DNA from: Gemmatimonadaceae bacterium
Lineage (GTDB): Bacteria; Gemmatimonadota; Gemmatimonadetes; Gemmatimonadales; Gemmatimonadaceae
Reading direction: 5' to 3'
DNA length: 64,000 bases
Assembly: GCA_035253585.1 (NCBI GenBank)
Contig: DATFBY010000110.1
Location: 47,875 to 111,874 of the forward strand
The notes under the pieces were generated by a model. That model ran no database searches. It saw nothing but the letters and a program-made list of their open reading frames with translations, and had not been told where the DNA came from. Shown here piece after piece: positions 1-10,089 of the stretch (positions are counted from its first letter, which is position 1; each line of letters begins with the position of its first letter). A program made the translations under genes and the position numbers.

Positions 1-139
1 GTGTGGACGTTGCGCGCTCGCATGCGCACCGCGATCCGGCGGCGGAGACACCGCTCCTTGTAGCTCGCGCATCCGAACCCGCGGTCGCGCGAGATTTTCG
101 CCGTCAGCGCGGCGAACGCCCGGTCGATCTGCGCGGCGG

Positions 140-1762
140 TCATGACGGCAGGTTGCGTACGAGCTCGAGGTTCGCACGGATGCGGTCGTTCCCGGGGTTG
201 AGCTCCAACGCACGCTCCCAGCAGGCGACCGCCTGATCCCGGTCCTGCCACTTGTAGCGGATGTTGCCGAGCTTGAAGTACACGTCGTCGCCGAGCGACG
301 GGTTCAGCTTCACTGCTCGCAGATAGGCTTCCATCGCCTCGTCGAGCTTCCCGCCGCGATAGTAGCAGTCGCCCATGTTCTTGTGCAGCTGCGGGAGCGA
401 GCGGTCCTCCTGAAGACCGCGCTCTCCCGCGTGCACTGCTGCCTGGAGATCGCCACGGCGCTCGTGAATGACTGCCAGTGTGTTGAACAGGGGCGCCGAG
501 TGCGAGTGCACGCCGATCCCCTCGTTGATCAGCGTGAGGGCGCGCTCGTGGTCCCCGCCTAACGCCGCGGCGAGTGACGCATAGTGGAACCAGGCGGCGG
601 AGGGCGGACGCTTGCCCCACAGTGCACGCGACGAGGACAGGATCGCGTTGGCGTGCTCGACGTCGCCGACCTTGAGCGACAGGATGCCTAACGAGAGCTG
701 GACCCGCGGATCGTCTCCACCGCCGCGCTGCACCGCCTCCTCGTACGCCGCGCGCGCCTCGCCGTACCGCTGCGTACGCTCCAATGCGAAGCCAAGATTA
801 TGAAAGACGGCGGCGCGCGCTCCCTGCTGCGCGGCGGCTTGCTGGAACAGCCGCACGGCCTCTTCCCAATGGGCCGAGCGCATGGCGACGAGACCGAGGT
901 AAAACCGCGCCTGGATGTCGTGCTCGCGCAGGTCGATCACGCGGCGGAACTCGCGCGTCGCTTCCTCGAACATCCCCGTCTTGTAGAACGCCATGCCGAG
1001 GTTGCGGTGCTCTTCGACCCGCGCCTCCTTCACGACGTCCTCTTGCGGGCGCGACTTGCCAACGCGATGGAGGAAGCCGGCGGTCACCAGACCGTAGATC
1101 GCCTTGCCCACCTCGAACTCGCCCAGGCCGGACGCATCGATGAGCTGGGTCACGTCACGGTCGCCGTCGATCAGTGGAACGAGCTGCTCCTGCTCCGGCG
1201 TGAGCTTGGCGTCGCTCGCCCCGAGGCGCGCGCGGTCGAGATCGAAGATGATGTCGAAGCTGGGCAGCTTCTTCTCGATGAGCCCCCACTCGTCCACCCG
1301 ACGCGCTCCCTCCAGGAGCAGCGTCTCGGGGTTGATCGACACCAACAGGTCGCGCTCGTCAGGCATCATGTCGGCCTCGAACGAGAACGTTCCCTGCGTC
1401 CAGGTGAAGAGGTAATAGACCGCTTCCTCGATCTGCATCCGGATGTAGCGGTGCAGCTCCTCACGGGTGAGGATCTTCTTTTCCATCAGGATCTCGCCAA
1501 TGCGCTTGTCGCGCTGGCGTGATTGCACCTCGATGGCGAGGTCGAGCTCGCGGCCGGTGATCACCCCGTGCTTCACCAGCATGTCGCCCAAGCGATCGCG
1601 CCGATTCACGATCGACGCGTACGAGATCCGGCCGCGGTCGAAGTACACATAGCCGAAGTTCGAGCGGTCGGTGACGCTCAGACATCCCGTCTTCTGCCCC
1701 ATGGCCAACAGCTGGAGCACGTCGGGCAGACTGGCTTCGCGGAGACTGCCTTTGATTGCCAT
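140..1762 (-). CDS. DUF4388-like N-terminal domain + TPR-repeat protein (last gene of the che/mglA array)
   Basis: The N-terminus MAIKGSLREASLPDVLQLL…GKTGCLSV… matches the DUF4388/PATAN-like pattern. The C-terminal half has multiple TPR-like repeats. The ATG at 1762 overlaps the TAA stop of the upstream gene (TAATG). Confidence 0.6.
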   Translation of the reverse strand: MAIKGSLREASLPDVLQLLAMGQKTGCLSVTDRSNFGYVYFDRGRISYASIVNRRDRLGDMLVKHGVITGRELDLAIEVQSRQRDKRIGEILMEKKILTREELHRYIRMQIEEAVYYLFTWTQGTFSFEADMMPDERDLLVSINPETLLLEGARRVDEWGLIEKKLPSFDIIFDLDRARLGASDAKLTPEQEQLVPLIDGDRDVTQLIDASGLGEFEVGKAIYGLVTAGFLHRVGKSRPQEDVVKEARVEEHRNLGMAFYKTGMFEEATREFRRVIDLREHDIQARFYLGLVAMRSAHWEEAVRLFQQAAAQQGARAAVFHNLGFALERTQRYGEARAAYEEAVQRGGGDDPRVQLSLGILSLKVGDVEHANAILSSSRALWGKRPPSAAWFHYASLAAALGGDHERALTLINEGIGVHSHSAPLFNTLAVIHERRGDLQAAVHAGERGLQEDRSLPQLHKNMGDCYYRGGKLDEAMEAYLRAVKLNPSLGDDVYFKLGNIRYKWQDRDQAVACWERALELNPGNDRIRANLELVRNLPS

Positions 1763-3906
1763 TAGCGGAGATCCTCGATCGCGCGGCCGGCCACGTCCTG
1801 CCACTCCCAGAGGATTTTCTCGTCGGAGATGAAGAGCGGATCACCCTTGCGTGCCGCCACCAGACCTTCGGCCGCCGTGCTCGGCGTCACGCCTTCGATC
1901 TCGCGGCGGGCGAGGCCGAGCGTCAAAGGCCGCGATTGCTGCACAGCCACCGTGACCAGGCGCTGAACCATCGCCCGGATCGACGGCGCATCGAACGTCG
2001 ACGTGTCCGCGAGATAGCTGACCAGTTGCGCGTCCGCGCGAACGCCGGCGGCGTCGAGATAACGTGCGTAAAGCTTCTCGCGCAGCATCCGATCCGCCGG
2101 TTGCAGCTCCACAACCAGTCCACCCTCGAAGCGCGACCGCAGCCGCTCGGCAAGATTGGTGAGCGCCTTGGGCTCGCGGTCGCTCGACAGAATGATCTGC
2201 TTTCCCTGATCGAAGACGGCGTTGAAGACGTGGAAGAGCTCTTCCTGCGTACGCTCCGTGCCGTCACACACCTGCACGTTGTCGAGCAGCAGCGCATCTA
2301 CGCCGCGATACCGCGCGCGGAATCGCTCGATGGATCCCTGCTGGATCGCGGTGATCAAATCATTGGCAAACTCGCGGACGTCGATCACGGCGACGCGCGC
2401 GGCGCCCCCGCTCAACGACGCCAGCTCGTTGCCGATGGCGTGCAGCAGATGCGTCTTGCCGGTCCCGGCCGGCCCGTGCAAGAAGAGCGGGTTGTATCGC
2501 TTCCCCGGCTCCTCGATGACCGCGTCCGAGGCGTGCACCGCGAACTGATTGGCGGCGCTCACTTCGTACGTCGCACGCGTGAACTGCGGATCCGGCGCCG
2601 GCGGCGGCTCCAGTCCATTGATGAGGTTCTCGACAACCTCTCTCGCTTCATCGATGCGCTCGGGATCGAAGAAGAGCTCGCTCGACGCCGTGACCGGATC
2701 GACCTTCCGCGCCTCAGCGCCGAGCTCCTGGAGCTGATCGATCTTGCGTTGGAACCCGGCGAGCAGCTGATCGACACCGGGGTCACTCGGAAGCTCCAGT
2801 GCCCGCTCGAGCTCGGTGGTCTTGAATCCAAGCTCCATCCAGAACGTGACCGCCTCGCCGATGCGCATCCGCCACGGCTCGATGTTTTGCGCGACGGCCG
2901 ATGCCAGGTCGGAGACGAAGCTGTCGAACTCCTCCGTGATCGGGATGATCTCGATCTCATCGGTCTCGATCGCAAACTCGTTATGCCGAGCCGTCGTGAC
3001 CGGCGGACTCGTCGGCGGCTTTGCCCCACCGTTGCCGTGTGCCGTGCCGGTCGGCGGCGGCGCACCGACGGTCGGCGGCGATGCCGGTACGCTCGGCGGC
3101 GTCCCGACAGGCATCGGTCCATGACCGACGATCGCGGCGGTAGCCGCGGACGCGGCACGCGCGATCGCGGGCAACGAGGCCGGCGTCGGCGTGTGACGGG
3201 CGCCGAGCACGGCGATCACCTGCTCGGCGCGAATCGGCTCGTCGGTGATTGCCTGATGCGCGATCATGCGATTCAGTGCGCCCTGCAATTCGCGCACGTT
3301 CGTGTATTCGAGCTTGGCCAGCGATTCGATCACGCCCTCGCCGAACGTCACGCCGCGCTCCTCGCACTTCTTCCGGAGAATGGCCACGCGCGTCTCGTAG
3401 TCAGGCAGCCCGATGTCGACGATGAGACCGCCTGACAAGCGCGTGATCAAACGTTCGTCCAGATCGGCGATCTCGGCCGGAGGCCGATCGCTCGTGAGCA
3501 CGATCTGCTTCCCGCTCCGCTGGAGCACATTGAACAGCCGCATGAGCTCGTTCTGCGTCTCGCGGCGACCGGCGATGAACTGCACGTCGTCGAGGAGCAG
3601 CATGTCGACCGTGTAGTACCGCTCCTTGAACGTGTCCATGCGCCCGGCGGACACCGCTTCATGCAGGCCGTCCACGAACTCGTCGAGCGAGGTGAACATC
3701 ACGTGCAGATCGTGCTGCTGCTGCTTGGCGAGGTTGCCGATCGCCAGCATGAGGTGCGTCTTCCCGAGCCCCGAGCTGCTGTACATGAAGAGCGGGTTGT
3801 ACGCCGAGCCCGGCGACTGCGCCACCGCGCGCGCGGCCGCGACCGCCAAGCGATTGGCGGCACCCACCACGTAGTTCTCGAAGCGGAAGCGTGGATCGAT
3901 GTTCAC
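1762..3906 (-). CDS. Tandem double DnaA-type AAA+ ATPase protein; no DnaA domain I/II or domain IV recognisable
   Basis: Two successive DnaA domain-III-like modules are present. The first reads FENYVVGAANRLAVAAA…YNPLFMYSSSGLGKTHLMLAIGN…LLLDDVQF. The second reads ANQFAVHASDA…YNPLFLHGPAGTGKTHLLHAIGN…LLLDNVQV. No HTTV-type DNA-binding motif is present at the C-terminus. Confidence 0.65.
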   Translation of the reverse strand: MNIDPRFRFENYVVGAANRLAVAAARAVAQSPGSAYNPLFMYSSSGLGKTHLMLAIGNLAKQQQHDLHVMFTSLDEFVDGLHEAVSAGRMDTFKERYYTVDMLLLDDVQFIAGRRETQNELMRLFNVLQRSGKQIVLTSDRPPAEIADLDERLITRLSGGLIVDIGLPDYETRVAILRKKCEERGVTFGEGVIESLAKLEYTNVRELQGALNRMIAHQAITDEPIRAEQVIAVLGARHTPTPASLPAIARAASAATAAIVGHGPMPVGTPPSVPASPPTVGAPPPTGTAHGNGGAKPPTSPPVTTARHNEFAIETDEIEIIPITEEFDSFVSDLASAVAQNIEPWRMRIGEAVTFWMELGFKTTELERALELPSDPGVDQLLAGFQRKIDQLQELGAEARKVDPVTASSELFFDPERIDEAREVVENLINGLEPPPAPDPQFTRATYEVSAANQFAVHASDAVIEEPGKRYNPLFLHGPAGTGKTHLLHAIGNELASLSGGAARVAVIDVREFANDLITAIQQGSIERFRARYRGVDALLLDNVQVCDGTERTQEELFHVFNAVFDQGKQIILSSDREPKALTNLAERLRSRFEGGLVVELQPADRMLREKLYARYLDAAGVRADAQLVSYLADTSTFDAPSIRAMVQRLVTVAVQQSRPLTLGLARREIEGVTPSTAAEGLVAARKGDPLFISDEKILWEWQDVAGRAIEDLR

Positions 3907-3907
3907 G

Positions 3908-4540
3908 TCAGCGCGCGCCTCCGACCGCCATGCTCCGTGCTCCTGGCGCGCTCTGCGCGCTCAGCTTTCGAAGTACCAGTTCCGAGATGCCGCGCAGCGT
4001 CTCGAACACGCCGCGCCCACGCAGCGCGTCGGCGGTGAACGAAGGCACCTCACGGAAATTCAATGCGTCCTCCAGCTCTCCGACGCTCAGCGTCAGCTCG
4101 CGCGGGAGATCCTGCTTGTTGTATTGGAGGACGATCGGCATCGTGCGCACGTCCACTCCCTGCTCCGCGAGATTCGCGTGGAGATCCTGCATGCTCTCGA
4201 TGTTCTCCTCGAGCTGGCGCGATTGGCTGTCGGCCACGAATACCACGCCGTCGGCGCCTTGCAGCACGAGTCGACGCGTCGCCTGGTAGTAGACCTGCCC
4301 CGGGACCGTATACAACTGGAAGCGTGTGCTGAATCCCGATATCGACCCGAGATCGAGCGGGAGAAAATCGAAGAAGAGCGTGCGGTCCGTCTGGGTTGCC
4401 AGCGAGACCATCTTCCCTTTCCGGTCCTGCGGCACCTGCTCGTAAATGTAATGTAGGTTCGTCGTCTTCCCCGACCTCCCAGGGCCGTAGTAGACGATCT
4501 TACAGGTGATCTCGCGGGTCGCGTAGTTGACGAGAGACAC
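3908..4540 (-). CDS. mglA: MglA-like Ras-superfamily small GTPase
   Basis: Diagnostic MglA motifs are present: [40 protein letters not shown] and [12 protein letters not shown] start at 4540 lies 5 nt after the upstream stop. The ORF-track N-terminal extension was rejected. Confidence 0.8.
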   Translation of the reverse strand: MSLVNYATREITCKIVYYGPGRSGKTTNLHYIYEQVPQDRKGKMVSLATQTDRTLFFDFLPLDLGSISGFSTRFQLYTVPGQVYYQATRRLVLQGADGVVFVADSQSRQLEENIESMQDLHANLAEQGVDVRTMPIVLQYNKQDLPRELTLSVGELEDALNFREVPSFTADALRGRGVFETLRGISELVLRKLSAQSAPGARSMAVGGAR

Positions 4541-4545
4541 TGGGC

Positions 4546-5076
4546 TCAGGCGGTTGGAGGCAGTAGCTCTTCGCTGACGCGTGACGACGGAACGGGCTCC
4601 GGTCCAAAGAGCGCCGCCAGACTTTGCTGCAGATCGTGCTCGAACTCGTCGCTCGCACCGAGAGACAGCTCTTCCGGCATCGTTGCGGGCGGCGGAGCGG
4701 CAGCCGCCAGCTGCCGCGCCAGCTCCCGAAAGTAGAACAGCACCAGTCCCGCCGAGCTTTCCGCACCGAACACGGTGAGGAACACCAGCGCGCCGCGCGG
4801 AGTGATCGTCTCCCCCAGAAAAAGCCGGCGATCGTTGTCGGCGTGAAAGAGCCGCGTGAACGGGCGACCATCCAGCTGCCGCCCCAGATGCGCCGCCGAC
4901 GCGTGGATCGCCGACGCCAGCGCACACGCCGACATCACGTCCACAGGGCTGGTGAAGCCGTACTGCGCCAGCACCTGGCCCGTCGGATGCAACAGCAGCG
5001 CGAAGGTGACTCGCGCCTCGTCCACGAACTGTCGAACGGGCGCTTCCACCCACGCCTCCGCCGCCGTCGTCCTCAC
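4546..5076 (-). CDS. Roadblock/LC7 (MglB-like) domain protein with a C-terminal tail
   Basis: The Roadblock-like core reads [16 protein letters not shown]…[27 protein letters not shown]. The GTG start overlaps the upstream stop (GTGA at 5073-5076). Confidence 0.55.
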   Translation of the reverse strand: MRTTAAEAWVEAPVRQFVDEARVTFALLLHPTGQVLAQYGFTSPVDVMSACALASAIHASAAHLGRQLDGRPFTRLFHADNDRRLFLGETITPRGALVFLTVFGAESSAGLVLFYFRELARQLAAAAPPPATMPEELSLGASDEFEHDLQQSLAALFGPEPVPSSRVSEELLPPTA

Positions 5077-5420
5077 GAAAGCGTCTCCGCCGCACGCAGC
5101 ATCGCCGCGCGCAGCAGCCCAATGTTCACACGCGCCTCGGCCACGGCGATGATCACCAGATCGTGGCGACCCGCCGCGCACACGTGTCCATCCGCTGCCT
5201 CCAACCGCAGGAAGCCGACGGAGCCGAGCCCGGCCGCCTGCGCCGAAAGCCGTGCTTTTCGGAAGAGCGACGCGGCCAATGCCGCGACGGCCTCGCCATG
5301 TACGCCGACCTGTAGCGTCGAGTCGATGATCAGTCCGTCGCTCTCGCCGACGACCATGCATCCGAGCACGGCGCGCTGGCGGGTGAGCGGCGCGAGCAGA
5401 TCGCGAAATAGCGTGGTCAT
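5073..5420 (-). CDS. Roadblock/LC7 domain protein (MglB-like)
   Basis: A 115-aa Roadblock fold starts [12 protein letters not shown]…[17 protein letters not shown]…. Its ATG overlaps the upstream stop (ATGA at 5417-5420). Confidence 0.6.
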   Translation of the reverse strand: MTTLFRDLLAPLTRQRAVLGCMVVGESDGLIIDSTLQVGVHGEAVAALAASLFRKARLSAQAAGLGSVGFLRLEAADGHVCAAGRHDLVIIAVAEARVNIGLLRAAMLRAAETLS

Positions 5421-6229
5421 TGCGGCGCCTCCAGCCACTGACGCGCGCGCTCCACGCATCGATCGAGTGTCCGCCTGACGAGTCCGAGTGGAATCGTCTT
5501 GGCCGCGGCCACGAGCACGAGCGACTCGCCCGCGCCGGGAGCCATCGCGACAGTCGCAACCTCGGTCTCGAACACGACGCACGACCACGCCCCGAGCTCG
5601 AGGTGTTTCGTCGCGCGCTGCGCTTCTTCACGCACGCCGCAGAGCTCGGCGCCCACTTCCTGCGCCACATCGGCCTCGTCAGGCGACAGATATGCTCCCG
5701 CCGTGACCAGTCCACTGGCATCGATCAGCAGCGCGGTTTGCTCGCCATCGCCCAGAATGTCCGCGAAGAGATGCCGTGCTTCTTCGCCAGGCGACATCGC
5801 GCGCGCGCCGTCGGTAGCCGCCGAGCTGGTCAGCATCCGCCGCACCATGGCCAGCGCGGTGGCGATCGTCGGATCCTCGCCATCGTGCGACGCCGCGGCG
5901 GTCAAATAGCGCTCGGCGTCGGATAGCCGTCCCTGTTTGAAGCAAACGTAGCCGAGTCCCTTGTGCGCGCCGACGTGCGTGGGCGACAGCGTGATCACCA
6001 TGTCCCATTCATCGAAGGCCCGATCGAGCTCTTGCTCGTCGACCCAGATGCGCGCGAGAAGGTCATGCGCTTCCGGATTGTGCGGGTGCCGCTCGAGTCC
6101 GCGCGTGGCGACGCGCAGAGCGAGATCGAGCTCGCCGCGCTTTCGCAGCGCCTCGCCCAGGGCGAGGAAAGCCAGGCTGGCGGGATCGCGAGCCAGCTCG
6201 TCGCTCAGCCGGCTGATCTCGTCAGACAT
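5417..6229 (-). CDS. TPR N-terminal + Roadblock/LC7-like C-terminal protein
   Basis: TPR-like helices are at the N-terminus. A Roadblock-like domain (…TALLIDASGLVTAGA…SCVVFETEVATVAMAPG…) is at the C-terminus. It overlaps the upstream gene by 8 nt. Confidence 0.55.
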   Translation of the reverse strand: MSDEISRLSDELARDPASLAFLALGEALRKRGELDLALRVATRGLERHPHNPEAHDLLARIWVDEQELDRAFDEWDMVITLSPTHVGAHKGLGYVCFKQGRLSDAERYLTAAASHDGEDPTIATALAMVRRMLTSSAATDGARAMSPGEEARHLFADILGDGEQTALLIDASGLVTAGAYLSPDEADVAQEVGAELCGVREEAQRATKHLELGAWSCVVFETEVATVAMAPGAGESLVLVAAAKTIPLGLVRRTLDRCVERARQWLEAPQ

Positions 6230-7373
6230 GCAGATGCTCCGTCAAATAAGTACGAAGACGCGAAGCGGTTTCCATCGCCGCGCGCACTCGCTCGGCGTCG
6301 GCCGCGTCCGGTGACATGCGGAGATAGCGGTCCCAACACGCTTCGGCTTCGGCGAAATCGCCCCGTGCCGCGGCGCAGAATCCGAGCTCCAGATGCACCG
6401 CGGCATGCGCGGCATCGAGCTGGAGCGCCCGCTTGAGCTCCGCGACGGCCTCATCGCGGAGTCCTCGCTGAAGGAGCGCGCGCGCAAGAAGCAGGTGTGC
6501 GTCGGCCGAATGCGGATCTGCTTCCACCGCCGCGCGGGCCGATGCCGTCGCGGCGTCGAGCTCGCCTCGTCGAAGCGAGATGCCAGCCTGCTCGAGGAGA
6601 GTGGCGGCGGCTTCCGACGGCGCGACGACCGGCATCTTCTGACCATTGCCGCGATCGCGGAGCTCGATGACGCCGGTGGTCGCCAACCCATACACGACCT
6701 TGCCGACATCGAACTCGCTACGGGCGAGAGCGGTGGCGATACCACGCAGATCACGCGTGCCGTCGATCTCGGTCAGAACCTCCCACTCGCTAGGCAAGAG
6801 ATCGAGCAACGTCGGGTGATCATCCTCCACATCGGCCAGCACCGGCACCATTCCGACGTGGCGGACCTTGCCTTCGATTCGCGACCACTCGTCGATGCGC
6901 CGCGCGCCTTCCATCAGCAGCGACTCGGTCGAGATGCGGATCGGTGCCTCGGAGTGGGAGCCGAGCGCGCCACCTTCCTCGAAGGAGAAATGCCCCTCGT
7001 GCCAGCTCATGAGCTCGAAGATCACTTCTTCGACCTGGAAGCGAACCTGTCGCTCGACTTCCTTCGGCGTGACCGCGCCCATGGCCACGAGAATCTCCCC
7101 GAGCCGACGCGGATCGCGATCGCGCGACTGGAGCTCGCGGGCCCTCACCAGATCGTTCTCCGTGATCTTACCGGCGCGCAGGAGCAGCCCGCCTAACGGC
7201 TGCGGGTTGTTTTTCATCGCCGCATGCACGACCGACCCGCGCTCGAAGTACACGGTGCCCTGGTTGTCCCTCATCGTCGACGTGACGGTGAGCGTTCCGG
7301 TCTTCCGGCTCAGGTCGAGCAGTTGGAAGACATCGTGGATTCCGAGCTCGCGAAGCGGTCCTTCGATCGACAT
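6222..7373 (-). CDS. DUF4388-like N-terminal domain + TPR protein (paralog of 140..1762)
   Basis: The N-terminus MSIEGPLRELGIHDVFQLLDLSRKTGTLTV and the central HEGHFSFEE…EGARRIDEW both parallel the first gene. The C-terminus has TPR-like repeats. Confidence 0.6.
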   Translation of the reverse strand: MSIEGPLRELGIHDVFQLLDLSRKTGTLTVTSTMRDNQGTVYFERGSVVHAAMKNNPQPLGGLLLRAGKITENDLVRARELQSRDRDPRRLGEILVAMGAVTPKEVERQVRFQVEEVIFELMSWHEGHFSFEEGGALGSHSEAPIRISTESLLMEGARRIDEWSRIEGKVRHVGMVPVLADVEDDHPTLLDLLPSEWEVLTEIDGTRDLRGIATALARSEFDVGKVVYGLATTGVIELRDRGNGQKMPVVAPSEAAATLLEQAGISLRRGELDAATASARAAVEADPHSADAHLLLARALLQRGLRDEAVAELKRALQLDAAHAAVHLELGFCAAARGDFAEAEACWDRYLRMSPDAADAERVRAAMETASRLRTYLTEHLHV

Positions 7374-7376
7374 GCC

Positions 7377-10088
7377 TCAGACCTCCACGCGTGGGCGGAA
7401 GATCCGCAGAAGATCGGCGGCGGTCTTCGCGTCGCGCCGCGCGCGGTGAGCGAACTCGCCATCGGGCTCCAGCTCCACGACTTCCTGCCAACGCGCGATC
7501 GCGTCGCGGTAGCGATGCCGCTCGAAGAACAGCACGCCGGCCAGATACAGCGCGCCCGTGTGCTGCGGATCGAAGCGGAGGATGCGCTGCACCGAGGTGG
7601 CGGCATCGTCGTGCCGCTCGAGCTCGATCAGCGTCTCGGTGAGCGCCACCAGGGCCTTGAGGTGATACGGATCCTGCTTGAGCAGCGAGATGAGCGGATC
7701 GAGCGCGTCGCGCGTGCGGGTGAGCTTTCGGCGCACGCTGGCGAGCTCGAGAATCGCCTCGGCGTACGTCGGTACCGCCTCCAGTGCCGCCAGCAGCGCG
7801 GTCTCCGCCTCATTGTACTGCCCCACGGTGCCTAACAAGCGGGCGAGCTCGTAGTGGACCACGGCGAAATGACGGTCGAGGTCGAGCGCGTTACGATAGG
7901 CCGAAATCGCGCCGCGAATGTCGCCGGCCGCGCGCGCGACGTCGCCCATCTGCTTGAGGACGTCGGCGCGCGCCGGCTCGAGCCGCCTGGCCCGCTCGAG
8001 CAGCTCGAGGGCACCGCGAGGGTCGCCGGCCTCGGCCCTCGCCGATGCGACCAGCAGCAGCGTCTCGACGCCTGACGAGTCGGTTTCCAGAAGCTGCTCG
8101 GCGACCGGCCGCGCTTCCTCGGCACGGCCAAGGGCGAGTAGGGCCCGCGTCTCGCCGGCCAGCGCGCGGGGCGCGATGCCGTTCATCGTTCGCGCGGTGC
8201 GATAGCGCTCCAGCGCCTCGCCATAGAGTCCCTGCCGCGCGAACGCATCGCCGAGTAGGGTGAGTCCTTCCACACGGTCAGCGCCGCGCGAAAGTGCGCG
8301 GCTGACCTCGGTGGCTGCACGCTCGAACAGGCCCTTCGACAGATAGTCCCGAGCGAGCGAGTATGGGCCAGCATCCGATGGTGGCGCGGGCTGCTGTGCC
8401 GCTGCGCTCTGCTTGAGCTGATCGAACAGATTGTCCAGAGAGCGAGGATCGAACGAAAACGCATCGACCTGCGCTTCGACACGTCGCTCCCCGGTCATGT
8501 CTGGTACGATGGCGAGCTCGAGATCCTCGTACTCGACATCGAGCGCGAGCTGAAAGCGCTGCTGCACGTAGTACGGGTCGAGCTCCAGGGCGCGCTTGGT
8601 CGCGCGGAGTGCACCCTCGAAGTCGCCGAGGTTGGAAAGGGTGAAGCTCAGGTTGTAGTGCGCTTCGGCGTAGTCGGCCTTCGCTTGGATGGCGCGTCCG
8701 AAGGCGTTGCGCGCGTCCTCGTGCTTCTTGAGCTCCACCAGCACCAGACCGACACCGTTCCACGCCACGGGATGCTCGCCCTCGATCGCCAGCGCCTGAC
8801 GATACGCCTCGAGCGCCAAGTGCAGGCGCTTCCCCCGAAACAAGAGCAACGCCAGGTTGAGCCACGCCTTGATGAAAGTGCCGTGCGCTGCGATGGCGGC
8901 GCGGAACTCGTCGATCGCGTCCTCCGTCTCGCCTGCGTGGTAGAGCGCGACGCCGAGGTTGTTGCGCGCGATGGCGTAGTCGTCGTCGAGCGCCAGCGCC
9001 TTCTTGTAGCTGTCGACCGCGTCGGCGATACGGCCCGTCTGGTGCATCGCGACCCCGAGCTCGCACCAGAGCTTCGGGCTCCCGCTCTGCTTCTGCAGCA
9101 CGCGCTGGTAGAGGTCGATCGCCTGCCCCGCGTCGCGCGTGAGCAGGTGCACCTCTGCCATCGCCTGCATCACGAGCGCGTGATCTTCGCCACGCTCGAG
9201 CGCCAGCTTGTACTCGCGCAGCGCCTCGCTGTAGTAGCCCTTCTGCCGGAATGCGAGACCGAGGTTGTAGTGCGCCAGCTGCTTGTCGTCGGCGACCTCG
9301 AGGCGCGCCGAGCGGCGCTCCTGGCGCTCGGGCAGCATCTCCTGGAAGCGCGAGCTGTTGTAGCGGTCGAGCGAGAGATTCGTCTGAGCGCGAGACAGCG
9401 AGGGGTTGAGCTCGATGGCGCGTCGCGTCGCTACCCGCGCTTCTTCGTGCCGTCCAGCATCGCCTAACACGAAGCCCATCAGGTAGTGGGCATCGGCGTT
9501 GTCCGGATTCAGCTGGATCGACTTCTTCAGTGCCGCGAGCGCGTCATCGTTGAGCCCGCGATTGTACAGCACTTCGCCGATGTAGAAGTGTAAGAGTGAG
9601 CTCTCCGGCTCCAGCTTCTTGGCGCGCTCGAACCAGCGTTGCGCGCGATCGAGATCGCCGCTGGCCTTCTCGGCGAGTCCGAGCTGCACGATCGACGCGA
9701 CGTCCTTGGCGTGGTACTTCAGGAGCTCCGTGAATTCGGCGATCGCTTCCTTGCTGTCGCCCAGCGTCGCATATGCCCGCCCCAGCTCCCAACGCGCCGC
9801 GCGGTTCGAGGGATCGAGTCGAAGACGCTCCTTGAGCTCGGTAACCCGGCGCTCGTAGTAACCCGTGTTGAAGTACGCAATCTCCAGATTGCGCTGTGCC
9901 ACTTCCATCTTCGGGTCGATCTCGAGGGCGCGGGTGAACGCGCCCACCGCTTCCTCGTACAGCCCCTTGTTGTAATAGAGGACGCCGAGGTTGTTGTGCG
10001 CCCCCGCGTCCGACGAATCGATCCGCCGGGCGAACGAGCGCAAGATCGAGCGATCGCGCTCCGAAGTTGGGGACGCCTGCATGATCAC
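7377..10088 (-). CDS. Large TPR-repeat protein (903 aa)
   Basis: Dozens of canonical 34-aa TPR units (…AHYNLG…AL.LDP…) run along the entire length. A GTG start follows 1 nt after the cheC stop. Confidence 0.7.
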   Translation of the reverse strand: MIMQASPTSERDRSILRSFARRIDSSDAGAHNNLGVLYYNKGLYEEAVGAFTRALEIDPKMEVAQRNLEIAYFNTGYYERRVTELKERLRLDPSNRAARWELGRAYATLGDSKEAIAEFTELLKYHAKDVASIVQLGLAEKASGDLDRAQRWFERAKKLEPESSLLHFYIGEVLYNRGLNDDALAALKKSIQLNPDNADAHYLMGFVLGDAGRHEEARVATRRAIELNPSLSRAQTNLSLDRYNSSRFQEMLPERQERRSARLEVADDKQLAHYNLGLAFRQKGYYSEALREYKLALERGEDHALVMQAMAEVHLLTRDAGQAIDLYQRVLQKQSGSPKLWCELGVAMHQTGRIADAVDSYKKALALDDDYAIARNNLGVALYHAGETEDAIDEFRAAIAAHGTFIKAWLNLALLLFRGKRLHLALEAYRQALAIEGEHPVAWNGVGLVLVELKKHEDARNAFGRAIQAKADYAEAHYNLSFTLSNLGDFEGALRATKRALELDPYYVQQRFQLALDVEYEDLELAIVPDMTGERRVEAQVDAFSFDPRSLDNLFDQLKQSAAAQQPAPPSDAGPYSLARDYLSKGLFERAATEVSRALSRGADRVEGLTLLGDAFARQGLYGEALERYRTARTMNGIAPRALAGETRALLALGRAEEARPVAEQLLETDSSGVETLLLVASARAEAGDPRGALELLERARRLEPARADVLKQMGDVARAAGDIRGAISAYRNALDLDRHFAVVHYELARLLGTVGQYNEAETALLAALEAVPTYAEAILELASVRRKLTRTRDALDPLISLLKQDPYHLKALVALTETLIELERHDDAATSVQRILRFDPQHTGALYLAGVLFFERHRYRDAIARWQEVVELEPDGEFAHRARRDAKTAADLLRIFRPRVEV

Positions 10089-10089
10089 G

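Noticed and set aside
3-236. 77-aa plus-strand ORF at the window edge
   Set aside because: Arg-rich, no start context. It overlaps the 3' end of the DUF4388 gene on the other strand.
800-3435. Long plus-strand ORFs (800..1522, 1756..3435) antisense to the DUF4388 and DnaA-like genes
   Set aside because: These are typical high-GC antisense open frames. They have no recognisable domains and run opposite to well-supported genes.
3908-5721. N-terminal extensions of the ORF-track calls 3908..5122 and 4546..5721
   Set aside because: The extensions are Arg/Gly/Ala-rich and overlap neighbouring genes in other frames. The conserved MglA and Roadblock domains start at GTG 4540 and GTG 5076, with tidy stop/start overlaps.
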